Origin: Amoebophrya sp. A120 | Lineage: Eukaryota; Protista; Dinoflagellata | Length of the DNA stretch: 64,000 nucleotides | Reading direction: 5' to 3' | Assembly: GCA_905178155.1 (NCBI GenBank) | Contig: CAJINV010000003.1 | Location: 11,268,793 to 11,332,792, forward strand | Part shown: in pieces, positions 13,101-23,192 of the stretch | Numbering within the stretch: position 1 is the stretch's first letter | Layout of the letters: every line of letters begins with the position of its first letter | Translations under genes and position numbers: made by a program | Notes under the pieces: model-generated | The model's input: only the letters and a program-made list of their open reading frames with translations | What the model was told of the DNA's origin: nothing | The model's database searches: none

Positions 13101-16100
13101 TCTTTGTGGTGCTTGGAAATCTGCCCGCAGCATGCCGCATGCCTTGGGTATATCAAGGCCTGGCCTGGCCTATCCGCCCCTGGCCTATCCGCCGGGGGGG
13201 GCGGATAAGGATTTCACTGCTACTCCACTCAAGCGCCGCGGTGGTCATCCGCTCGGTGGTCGACGCCGTGGCTCCCGCGGGTACATTAGAAAGCCTGGCG
13301 AAGTCTGTGTTGAGAACCTTCGCGGGCGATATGGCACGGTCGCTGGGTCTCTCGGACGTTGTCGATAATATCGTGGACGTTGTCGACAGTATGCCCCTCA
13401 ATGTCGGAAAAATCATGCTGAGCATAGCGCAAGACTTTATGAACGAGGTTGCGGGACAGGTTTACAGAGGTGTGCGCGAGGGGCTCACTATAACCGAGAG
13501 TACAGAACAAAGCAATCTGGACGAAGCGCAACAGAAATTCGCAGACGAAAAGAAAAGGGAGAGGCAAGGGAAGGGAGACAACGAGAACGACAAACAGAGG
13601 AAGAAACGCCAAGGCAGCAAGAAGAAAGAAACGGCTTCCACGAAACCCAGAGGTAAGGCGGACATGCCCGGGCGATGTTTCATTCTATTTGGTAGCTTCA
13701 GAGAAGTTCCACCAAGCGATGGAAAGTGTAAAAAAGCAGCATAGAAGCTATAAAGTGCTGGCTAGCATGGTCAGACGCTCTAATAAATAGCAGCAGGAGC
13801 AGCGCGGCCAATGTGAATGTCGTGAATATTTTGCATTTTTTGCCGTGCTAGCTAGCACGGTCGAAGCGTGGTAGGATTAGGAAACCCGCCAAAAACAGGA
13901 GCGCAGCAGAGTAGCCAGCTGTTGGTGGTTGGTTTGCACTTTTTGCGCAGGTCCGTAGCACGGCCTGGGCGTGCTGCGAAAGAGGCTAAAAGTCGGAAAT
14001 TTTTCCCGTCCCCGCGGCCGGATCGGATTTTCGCAGTCCACGAAATACAAAACGCCTTTTGCAAAGATCCGCTACCTAGGCCGGCGATTTTCGAAAAATG
14101 CACGCGCTGCTAGCGCGACAAATGCCAACGCTGGCGCCTTTGCTTTTCGCAACTGGCTGAAATTCTCGCAATTTTCCCTGCGAAGCGGTTGCCCGGCTTG
14201 GCGCCTCCGCCACGTCCCGGCTGGGAGGGTGCATGGTGCTCGGCGCGTGCTGATAGCGCCTATGCGGGCAAAAGAGCGAGCACATGCCCACAAAGCGGAG
14301 TATCTATATACTCGAAAAGCCCCACACTCATGCGCCCACTTTTTTGCGCGCGTACGCGCTAGCAGCGCCAGCGCGCGGCGACTGGTATTAAATCGGTTGC
14401 GCGGCCGCCCGTTCTCGGCGCGACGCCTTTCGATTATTTCGGGCCGACAGTCCGAAAATAAGTAAAAGCCCTTTCGAGGTCGAGCGAATACGTGTCACCG
14501 CGTGACGTGCCTACGAGCGCAAAAAATGGACAGACACAGAGCCACTCCCTCAGCCGCGTTCGGAGGTGCCATGGATTTGACCCCTGTCGTGCTAAAAGGA
14601 AATACGTATTGCAGGAATCGCATACGTGTCCGATTTGCGCGCAGGATGTTAAGCGTTTTCGCGGTCGCGCCAATGCGGCCCAGTCGCGAGGGTTGCTGGA
14701 ATTCCGGAACTTTTGAAGGTTGGGGCCTATTTCTTAGCATGGTTCCTTCGGCCGTGCTAGAAATAGGCCTCAGATTCGCAATTAAAGCGCATGGCCTCGC
14801 TTGCGCGACCGCAGTGCCGTGCCAGCTAGTACTTTATGCCATATGACAAGTATAAAACTTTTTGCGGTTTTCCGACCATAGTTCGACCGTAGGTGGTCAC
14901 GCCCCCGACTATCTGCCCGCGCGCGCGCGCGCCCCCTGCCCCTGCTGGACCTTCTGTGCGCGCGCGGGCGCGATTGTGTGCGCACACAGGACCACAAAAG
15001 AGGAGTCTCCGTGCGCGCACGCAAATAAGGGTCTGCGCTTCCGCATCAAGCTCAAATCTTCGCGCCAAATCGCGCGCGCGCGCGGGCGCGTGCAGAACTA
15101 CCGCCGGCACACGTTGCGCCTTAGGCAATTTCCGCGGCGCGCCTCCGCTTGTGCAGCCGAAAACGGATGCGCAAGACCGGTCCCGGTCGTTGGTGGGTGT
15201 GTGTTGTGCCAGACACAGGGCGTTCGATCGAAGGGGGTCGCCCGCGGTCTTCTGAATCTCACTCTCAGCATTTGACAATAAGAATCGAACTGCTTCGCCA
15301 AAATCCGGAACGCAGCCACGCACAAGCTAGCAACTAGAAAGAAGGAACGCGCGGGCCTGTCGACCTGACGCTGACCAGGGGTCCTGGCGGTGTTCCGGTT
15401 AAGCAACAAAGTGCCGCAGGCTGCTCCGCCAGAGATGGGGAGACGAACGAGCATGCCGCCTGCGTGTTCGTTAAGGACTCGAAAGACACAATCTGCACAA
15501 GCTTGTTGGACAACTTCTACGAGAATGTCATCGGCGTCGCTTGGGGAACAATTAGGGACTCCATCAACCAATTCCTGTTGAGCCTCGGAACCATGATTCT
15601 GCACTTCGTAGAGTCAAACTTTTTCCAGGGTTGGGAGATCCCTGGCGGAGAAGCTCTCGTGAAAGTTTATCTTGTTGAGACGATCGACGAAGAGGGTTTG
15701 AAGCCTGTCGCACACGCATTGAAAGAGCATGTCGAGGAAACAGGACAAGAGTTTTGCGATAAAATGTTCAAGGGGCTTGGCGCAGGAGAGATGCTGCAGT
15801 CTCTTCTAGTGCAGTTGATGGTGGCAAGTGGCGACAGCAAGATTCGGGATGCGATTCTGAAAACGAGCAAGTCAGAGGCGGAGAAGGAGGACGCGGCAAA
15901 GAAAGCTGAGGCCGAAGCAGAAGAAGAGCAACTGGCAGCGGTAGTGGGAACGTGCGCGGCCAAAATTGCTCACCAGCCCGCGGCGCTGGCGGACGGTATG
16001 GTTGACAGTTTCGTGAAGAGTCTGGGCGTCCACGTTGCGGGGTTTGCTCATTCAGTCTACTCTGATGTAATGGACGTGCTTGGAGATGAATTGTACGAAC

Positions 16101-19100
16101 TTATAACGATGGCCGTCGAAAAACTGGGCGTCCAGCTTATTCCAGGGATTGGGCGCATTTATTTCATTCTGGAGCCGCTGTTTTACTTTATGAGCGCCGC
16201 GCTTGCCAGATTTATAGCCAACGCGCTCGCCGCTGCCGAGGAGCAAGCGGAAGCACCTGAGAAAGCAATGGCCACGTACATCGCGAAACAAGTCAAGGGC
16301 CTCCTCTATCCTACGTAAAAACGTCACCGCCCCAGAGTCGTCATGCAAATCTGCAAGCCTCAAGTGGTCCAGTCCCCTGTCTGAATGGCGTTACGGCTTA
16401 GCGGAGAGTCTCGCCCCTTAGCCAAAGGGGTGCGCCGTCTCTTCCGTGAGAGCAAAAGCGTATGGCTTAAAAAGGGCGCGGTCCTGGGTCATCCTGTATA
16501 TTTGGCTGTCGCACTTAGCTCACTGAAACTTGCTGGGCTTTATTGACAGGGTGTGGTGGGTAGGTCCAGGCCGGTCAGTAATTTTCTCGGGGCGAATTAC
16601 CGGGTTTGCGACGGGCTTTTGGATGTTGAGGTCGCCGAAAGTGTTTCCTCGCCCACCCCCCACCCCCCCGGGGAGGGCATCCTTGGCCTGTGCCGCTGGG
16701 TGCGGGTGCCCACTGAATGATGACGATGCGCAAACCAATGAGCAGCACTTTCTCATGCTGTCTAGTACTTTTTGTTTTCCATGCTCTAATCAGAATAAGA
16801 GGGAGCTGGATTTGTGATGCGGCATCACTGCTAGCCAAACTAAACACCACTACACTGGAACAAGACCACCCGAACTTGTCATGCGCAGCAGGCGAAACAT
16901 GCTGACTTGTGTAAGCAAAGTTCCCATCTTGACTATTGGGACGCTTTTACTCATCTTGACGATGTGTAGGTGTAGCAGAATAATTCCCATCTTAACCATG
17001 TTCTCATCTTGGGCACGTTTTTACTCATGATATCCTCGTCAACAGCGAAACAGGAAGGCTGCGGGAAGAGGTAAAAGGAATCGTGATGACGATGGCAAAG
17101 ATAGGGGCTGAAATTCTCCTCGGTAAAAAACTCTCGTTGTCGACAAAACTCTCGTTGTCGTTCTTGTCCACGAACGACAACAACGAAAACGCTCGGTCGC
17201 TGTTGCCGGGACCGGCTCCAGCACCAGCGGCCTCTCTGGTTACAAATTTTGACGATGGCCCGGCGACAGCCGATTATAGCGGTTTTGGAGGGGGAAACGC
17301 CACCATTGCCAGTGCTTTTCCTGTTGTCCTTGATTTCAGAGCGCGCCACACTGGGAGGCGATCTCGGATATCGGTCGCGGGGGCGTCCGCCGCCATAAAC
17401 TTCCGGGGCGAGCCGTTGTCTGCGCTGCAAGTACATGCATTGAAAATATGTCTAGGTCTGGAAACTTCTGATGCAAGGAAGGGAATAGTTAGACCTAGCA
17501 CACTTTAGTGCGCTCCCCAGTATGACAAGTTTTTTCGTGGCTCACAGTAAAAGTTGCGTACTCCGCATGAGAAGCCGCGTTTTTGCATGACAGACAAGAG
17601 GACCTGTTCGCGGGCACGCAACACAGAGCTCAGGAGAGTCTGAGTCATGCCAGACTAGCATGACAAATCGCGCAATCTCCCAGACCCAGTAATATTTGCA
17701 GTTCATAAAGTATCTTCCGAGCCCGTTCTGCTCGAGTTGGGTTCCGCGGTGCCTGACAGGTGGGTACCCACCTCGTTGGCACAGGTGCATGACTCACAGG
17801 CGCCTGGCGAGGATTCGCAAACGAGCGATTGGAAAGAAGGGATGGAGGGCCTTCTACTGTAGTACTGGACCCCGCTCAAAATACGAGCGGCGGAATAAAG
17901 CTGCAGAAACCCTGATGAACATCAGACCGCTTGCCGCGTACTATGTGGCGCCAATTTATGAAAGCCAACCGCAACGCATGCGCCATGTCTAGAAAAAAGC
18001 AAACCGCAGCAAAGCCGGCCGCGCTTTGCGCTTTCCAACATTCGGGCCGCGGCATGAATTACTGGGGAAAGCTCAGAAAAGCACCCGCCCCTGTGAAATG
18101 TTAGGCGGGGGCCTGCGCTTCTCCTGTTTCGTTATTCGCGACGCCCGGCCCTGTTGATTTGGGGAGCGCCGCAGGCCGCGGGTGCTGGATCCCCGGGCGG
18201 AGACGCGGCCAGCGCGGGCTCTTGATGGGAATGCTAAGGGCGGGCGGCACGCGCTTCGGGGGCCGGCGGTTGCCTGCAGGACCCCCCCTGTGATTCCTCT
18301 CGCGCCCCTCTGTCCCGGCCGGCTTTGCCGGGCCGGCGACGGCCTCGGCGCGCGCCCGGCTATCCCTTGCAGTTAGTGGCAGGATGCCGCTATGGATCAA
18401 GCAAGGGGGGGCCGCCCGAACGGGGAGGCGCGCCGGTTCGGAGCTGCAGCGGGCAAGCATTGCCGGGCCCGGGGCCCGAGAGAGTGTTGCGCGCGTTCCC
18501 ATCGCCCCCCCCGTCATTAGCGACGGATGGAAATCGTCCAGAGGCTGCTCCCTACATACCAACAAACGGAACGCGCGGGCGCGCCCCCTCCCCGTGGCGC
18601 CCTCCCCCCCTGGCTAAGCACGTGAGTGCGTGGAATAGCGATGAAGCAGGAGGCCCGCGCAGCGCAAACGATGACGCTCCGAGAGACGAGAGGGCCCGAG
18701 TATGATCCGAGTTGTTCCATCTCGTGGCATGGGTTCCCTGTTGTGTTCACATCGTAGGCCGGCCCCCCCCTTTGTGAATGATTCGCAAAGGGGGGGGATG
18801 AGGAATCCATACGACCTAGCCTCCTTGACTAGTAATCTGAGTTGAATTCTTTACATTGCCTAACTTGGCCCGCCGACCTCTCCCGCCCTTGTGGTTAATG
18901 GGAGTTTATTTCAATTGCTGGCATTGGCAATTTTGTTTCTGTGTTGTTTCGTCGTAGTTTGTTGGCCTGGAACCCTAGCAGCGCGCGCCTAGGCAGCGCG
19001 CGCCTAGTCAGTGTGGACCAGTGTCGGCGCTGTCTTCTGTGTGGGAGGGGACAGATGTCGTCTGGAGACTGGTGCTGCCTACTGCAAGTAGTGGCTTCCG

Positions 19101-22100
19101 CGTTGCAGTCGGAGCCCATCGCATGTTCTGAGATCCCACGAAATTTGTGCCTGCCGAGAAATTGCGGCCTTCAGCAGGCTCGATGCCGGCATCACCCCGC
19201 CGGTGATCAGCTGCGGGCATGCGTTGCGGCCCCTACTTCGTCGCGTCTGCGTTCGTATTTGCACCATTTCCGTCCTCGGCCCTGCAGGCATCCGAGGACA
19301 CCAATGGAGCGGAGCGAGCCGGGCCCTTCGCCTTCTTGGTCTCCCCGGGGGCCAGCCTTGTTTTGCTTCTGGGAAGGAAGTCCAAGGGAATGCCCTCGGG
19401 TTTTGCGCGCTCGCCATTGATTCGCACTCTCGGCCTGCCTCTTAGTGGCCGCGCCAGCCATTTTTCGTGTGCGCCCCCCAATTTGCGAGCCTGGTGGCCA
19501 CGTTTGCCCCCTTGATGGTTGCCACCTTTGTGGGCTGTTGCGAGTGTGTTTCCTCTGGTGGGCTGGGTGCCCGGCATTTGGATTTGGGCGCGTTGGTTGT
19601 GGCTCTGCTGGCTTGGTAGATAGGTGCAGGCGTGCGACTTTTCCGGCGCTGCTCTGCCGGCCGGCCAGGTCGTGTTGCTAAGCAACTTGCTTGCCTGGGC
19701 TTACGCTTTCACTCACATTCCGCGACCGCCCGCCCCACCCTGGCTCCGGTCGGTCGTTGCCCTCTGCCGGGGCCCCGTCTTTTTTGGTCCGGTTCGTGTT
19801 CATCTCTGTGCGCGGCCAGGTTTTGTTCGTTGCCAGTCTTGGTGTGGGGGTGGGACGGAGGGTTGAACGTTGTGGCGAAACTTGCGGCAATTTGCCTCGC
19901 AGGTCTTTCGGGCGGGGCGGAACGGGAAACGCTTTGAACAAGTTAGCGCATGCAAAAACTACCGCAAACCTAAACCAAAAGGAGCGCGCCGAAGTGCCGC
20001 AAAAGGAAGCGACAAAGCAGCGCGTCGCCGGGTGCTTCTGGCGGCCGGCGGTCTTTGTTTCGGGGGGCCCTGCGAAAGGCTTGGCTCGGAAAAGCCGGCC
20101 GGCCACCGGGTCGTGCGAGTCAGGCAATGGAGAAGGCGCCCGGCGACAACCATGCGCCGGGCCGACCAAGCTCGGCAGGCCCCCCATCCAATTGGCCCCC
20201 CAGCGTGGTTTGATTGTCGGTCCTGTGTCGTCCCGCGCACGGCGCAACCCAAAACCGCCCGCCACGCCATTTCCGCCCCCTCCTCCCCGAAGCCCCTGCC
20301 CCGGCCGTGTCGGTCGTGGTAGCTTCTAGCAAGCCTCGGCCGGGGCTTGTCGTTTATTCTCGTCTTTTTCATTCTCGTCTTTTTTTTTTGGTTTTGCGCG
20401 ACCGCACCACCCGGCCGCCTCAGTTATCTTTTTATCTTCCTGCCTTCGACCAAGCAGTTTTTTTCTCCTGGGTTTAGGTTTAGGTAGGCCGCCACCGACA
20501 CCGGCACGGGATGGCTACCGTCGCGACCGTCTCACCTTCGATCCAGCCACCGCCCTCATCTGCTACTCAAGATCGACCCAGAAAGGGTTTAGTTTAGGTT
20601 TAAGGGTTTAGGAACCAATTTTATCTTCCTGCCTTCGACGCCGCGGCGCCCAGAGAACCAGCCCGCGCTTCCGGCTTCTTCCAAATTTATTAGCGAGCTA
20701 CGCCAGGCCCAGGGAGCCGCAGCCGAGCCGTGGTTGCAAGTAATGGAAGGAAGCGCGCCCGGGCCTATGGCCGGCATGCCAAACTAACAACGACGCGCCG
20801 GCGCACATATGGACCGGCCCGCCCGCCTGCGTGCGGGCGGGCGGGGCGGGCGGGGCGCGCGGGCCGGCGCATTGGCCCGCGTCCCGGGCTACCTGCGCCA
20901 CCGCTTTGGCCCCTGCCTTTCCCCCGACCAGTGTGTGAGTGCCCAGCGAGCCAGCTGGGGCTCGGTCGCGTTGCGTCGCCCCTCCCAACTTAGCCCAGCG
21001 CGTGGGCGCCAGCTTCGTGAGGCGCGGCTGGGGCGCTGGGCTATTGCGCCAGTGTCTCACTCGGAGTAAGTTTCCGCCGCCTGAAAATCAAAAAATGGGG
21101 TCCAGTACTTCAGTAAGCACGAGGGGAAAAAACAGACTTAATGAAGCGATCGCAAAATTCATGAACGAAACGGAGCTATGAGCTTGAGAGGTCTGCGCCT
21201 GCTTCTGGTGTTTTTTCAATATAGAGGCACGCTCCGAGAAATGGCGCGCCACGTACTACGACGGGGCCACACACTATGAAGGGCGCCAGTTGCTCGACCT
21301 GGGTTGGAAATAGCTAAGCGTAAGCGCCTGCACTTCCACGTAGTGCGCCCCTGCGAGAGATATGCCGGGGAGCCGCTCCTTCCTTGGGGGAACCGCCCCT
21401 CCCCTGGGGGAGCCGTCCCATCCCCGGGAGATCCTCCCCCCCCACCGGGGGATCCTCCGTCCCTCGCCCCGGGGGATCCGCCCATCCCCGGGGGGTGTCC
21501 GCCGCTCCCCCGGGAGATCCTCCCTCGCCCCCGGGGCGGCGCAAATGGGGAAAGAACATCCCCGCCGAACCCTTTGGGGCGCGCGGCCGGCCCGCGCATG
21601 TTTCTACTTGTTGCGCCGGCCCCCCGGGCGAAGGCGAAGCCAGGCGCGGGGAATAGTCTGCGCAGCACCCCGGCGCCCCGGACCAGGCTAGCTACTTGGC
21701 GATCTGCGCGATAATTTGGCCAGAGTCGCCGCGAGGAGAATGCTGCACGCCCTGCCGAAATGTCCTGTGGAAGCGGCGCGGCTTGTAGCCTGAGACACGG
21801 CGCGCCCGGTTCCGTTGGTGTTGTGTGCTGGCAAGAGCGCGAAGCCTGTATCGCAGACGCAGTGTGGCCGACCCATAAAAAGCGCCGTCGTCTTGGCAGG
21901 CTTGGGTATATGTCGCGCAGCGCGCGTCCTGGTGATTGTTTCTGTCCGGCGGGCCCGTTTTCTCTTCATGCCCAAGCAAGATGATGATCTATGATTATCG
22001 GGCGGCCACATTTGAAAAAACCGGACGAGAAGGAGGCTCGTTAAAGCCTCTAAAATCTTTGCAGGAGTTTGGAGGGCGCATTACGAACAGAATATCGGAG

Positions 22101-23192
22101 ACCATCAGAAGCGAGGTACAGGGCGCACTTGAGGCTGTCGTCAGAGATGCCGGAGGAGCACCGCTCGCCTTTGTCGAGAGTTTTTTGGGTGCCGGCGTGG
22201 CATTCTTCAGCGCCACCATGGCAGATACCATTTCTACGATGTGCGTCGCCGATGCCAAGGCTGCAGGAATCGAATCCCCAAAAATGCTTACGGCGGTCCA
22301 GCAGCATGTCACCCACAAGCTCGAGGAGTTTGCTGAGCAAGCAAAGGACATGCTAGAAGAAAAAGCGAAGGAGCTGCTTTTTTCCTTCGTGAATAAAATA
22401 ATCAACAAACTCAACCCAGGGGACGATGTAGGGCCGGACTACGCGGGAATGCTAAAGCAAGCCATCGGGGCCCTGGTCCAGAACATTAGAGACCTTATTG
22501 ACAAGTACAAGGGGAAATTCCAAGAAGATCGCGTCGACAAAGAGAAGGGAAAGGGTCTCGAAGTCTTACACGATGAAGAGAAAGCGTCACTCTCGTCGTC
22601 CTCGTTTCTGGATTACAGCAGGCAAGAAGATGGTGAGGCGGCCCCTTCTGTTGGCAGCGGAATTATCAGGGCAGGCAACGCTTACGGTGAGGCGGTTGGC
22701 GATGATCCGTCCTTTACCGATGAGCGCGCTGGTCATTATGGTCTTGCTGCGCAAAGTTCTACTTTTGTCCAAGGAGGGGGCGAGCCGCATGGTCGCGCCA
22801 CGAATGGAGCTACCCCAGTTGGACCCGCGGCAGCGGCCGCGCGGCTTCGCCTGATGGTCGACGCGCTCGCGGAGACAGCTGAAGACGCCGCTGACGAGGC
22901 CCCGGCGCAGCAAGGCCATCACGAAGAAGAAGAAGCCGCTGGCGCACCGAGTACTTTTGCGAATGTGGGCGCCTTGCCAGCCGACACTCCGCCCGACCGC
23001 GACCGCTACGACGTGACGGCAATCCCAGCGACGCGCGTGCGCATGCAAATGAATGTGGTCGCGGATGGTAGTACTGTGGAAGAAGGACAGCTCTCTTCGC
23101 ACACTCAGCAGGAGCCGGACGACGCGGCCGCGCAAACTTCCCGCGTAGATGAGTTTCCACCTGCGCCGCGCGGCGAGTTGGAAGGCCAGTGA
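4132..23192 (+). CDS. 9-exon gene for a ~1470-aa putative secreted protein with a His-rich N-terminus and helical domains
   Basis: Exons 4132-4985, 7904-8281, 9484-9630, 13231-13652, 15420-16306, 17038-17433, 17713-17856, 21116-21175, 22068-23192 total 4413 nt in one stop-free frame ending TGA. Junctions read RKAA|VWDQITK, GILS|WSLAS, DSEK|SAAVV, KPRG|CSARD (alternative G|SVFVKD), KGLL|VNSETG, ALQV|SSEPV, EGLL|STRGK, NETE|FGGRI. Hydrophobic signal-peptide-like start MLPLRLLFCRRCVVVSCVISLA. Confidence 0.85.
4300..4600 (+). repeat. Coding His/Gly/Asp tandem repeats with an internal duplication
   Basis: CACGGTCATCAC/GATCACGGTCAT units; the block HGHHGHT(T)KLAAHHGxQQExRQDTKTNxAA occurs twice. 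Confidence 0.9.
4786..4950 (+). repeat. Coding 33-nt (11-aa) tandem repeat, 5 units
   Basis: NVASRAASATK / NVASRTASGAR / NIAHRTASGAR / HTALRAASASK / KAASRALSMVA. Confidence 0.85.
4985..7899. mobile_element. TIR element forming intron 1 of the His-rich gene
   Basis: 42-bp terminal inverted repeats at 4985-5026 and 7858-7899 (34/42 identical); in-frame removal; contains a nested Helentron-like copy. Confidence 0.85.
6128..6856 (+). mobile_element. Helentron/HINE-like element, copy 2
   Basis: Subterminal inverted repeats GTAGTGAGGTC (6131-6141) and GACCTCACTAC (6827-6837), then hairpin CCGCC-CC-GGCGG, CTATA and TTT; no target-site duplication. Confidence 0.85.
8282..9481. mobile_element. Inverted-repeat element forming intron 2
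   Basis: Termini AGCGGATTTTATGA... / ...TCATAAAAT(AAAAAT)CCACT, flanked by TC/TC; removing 8282-9483 joins the exons in frame. Confidence 0.75.
8684..8834. repeat. ~150-bp insert flanked by telomere-like repeats, copy 1
   Basis: (C/T)TTAGG-like repeats on both sides of a core homologous to 20468-20612; 23-bp direct repeat at 8661-8683 and 8843-8865 (1 mismatch). Confidence 0.75.
9631..13230. mobile_element. 3600-bp TIR element forming intron 3
   Basis: ~45-bp TIR GAGCGGAGTAGCAATGAAATCCTTATCCGCCCCCCCGGCGGATAG (9631-9675) versus 13185-13230 (2 mismatches, 1 indel); the flanking exons are in the same frame. Confidence 0.9.
10022..11669. mobile_element. Nested TIR element with a 5-bp TSD
   Basis: Perfect 29-bp inverted repeat ATCCTGTGCAAAAGTATCGCACTCGTATA; TSD CCTTG at 10017-10021 and 11670-11674; internal GAAGTTGG repeats. 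Confidence 0.9.
13653..15419 (+). other. Intron 4 of the His-rich gene (boundaries ambiguous)
   Basis: Canonical option GTAAGG...CCGCAG (13653-15419) is in frame. The inverted-repeat option 13656-15461 (AGGCGGACATGCCCG / CGAGCATGCCGCCT) is also in frame. Confidence 0.65.
16307..17032. mobile_element. Introner family A (TATCC..AAAAACGTC) forming intron 5
   Basis: TATCCTACGTAAAAACGTC ... CACGTTTTTACTCATGATA; TSD TCCTC at 16302-06 and 17033-37; no GT-AG register is possible within the duplication. Confidence 0.85.
17434..17707. mobile_element. Introner family B (..ATGTCTGGGTCTGGAA) forming intron 6
   Basis: CATGCATTGAAAATATGTCTAGGTCTGG ... CCAGACCCAGTAATATTTGCAGTTCATA; TSD AAGTA; removing 279 nt restores the frame. 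Confidence 0.9.
17857..21113. mobile_element. TA-flanked TIR element (Tc1/mariner-like signature) forming intron 7
   Basis: TA|CTGTAGTACTGGACCCC ... GGGGTCCAGTACTTCAG|TA (16/17 match); removing it with one TA gives LL|STRGK in frame. Confidence 0.85.
20468..20612. repeat. ~150-bp insert flanked by telomere-like repeats, copy 2
   Basis: GGGTTTAGGTTTAGG-core-GGGTTTAGTTTAGGTTTAAGGGTTTAGG; perfect 21-bp direct repeat TTTTATCTTCCTGCCTTCGAC at 20430-20450 and 20619-20639. Confidence 0.75.
21176..22063. mobile_element. Degenerate inverted-repeat element forming intron 8
   Basis: Direct repeat GGAG at 21172-75 and 22064-67; weak inverted repeats (GAGAGG..GTTTTTTCAA / TTGAAAAAAC..CCTCT); can be read as a GA..AG intron at 21173-22064. 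Confidence 0.65.
21365..21535. repeat. GC-rich ~20-bp minisatellite
   Basis: About 8 imperfect units of CCCCGGG(G/A)GATCC(T/G)CCC-like sequence. Confidence 0.75.

Noticed and set aside
20505-20522. GTAGCCAT on the minus strand resembling the dinoflagellate spliced leader
   Set aside because: Only 8 of about 22 nt match, and the other copy lacks it.
18100-21720. Many overlapping Arg/Pro/Gly-rich ORFs (also 11700-12900, 48000-49150, 60600-61300)
   Set aside because: Stop-poor GC-rich element interiors, open in several frames, with no transposase motifs recognised.
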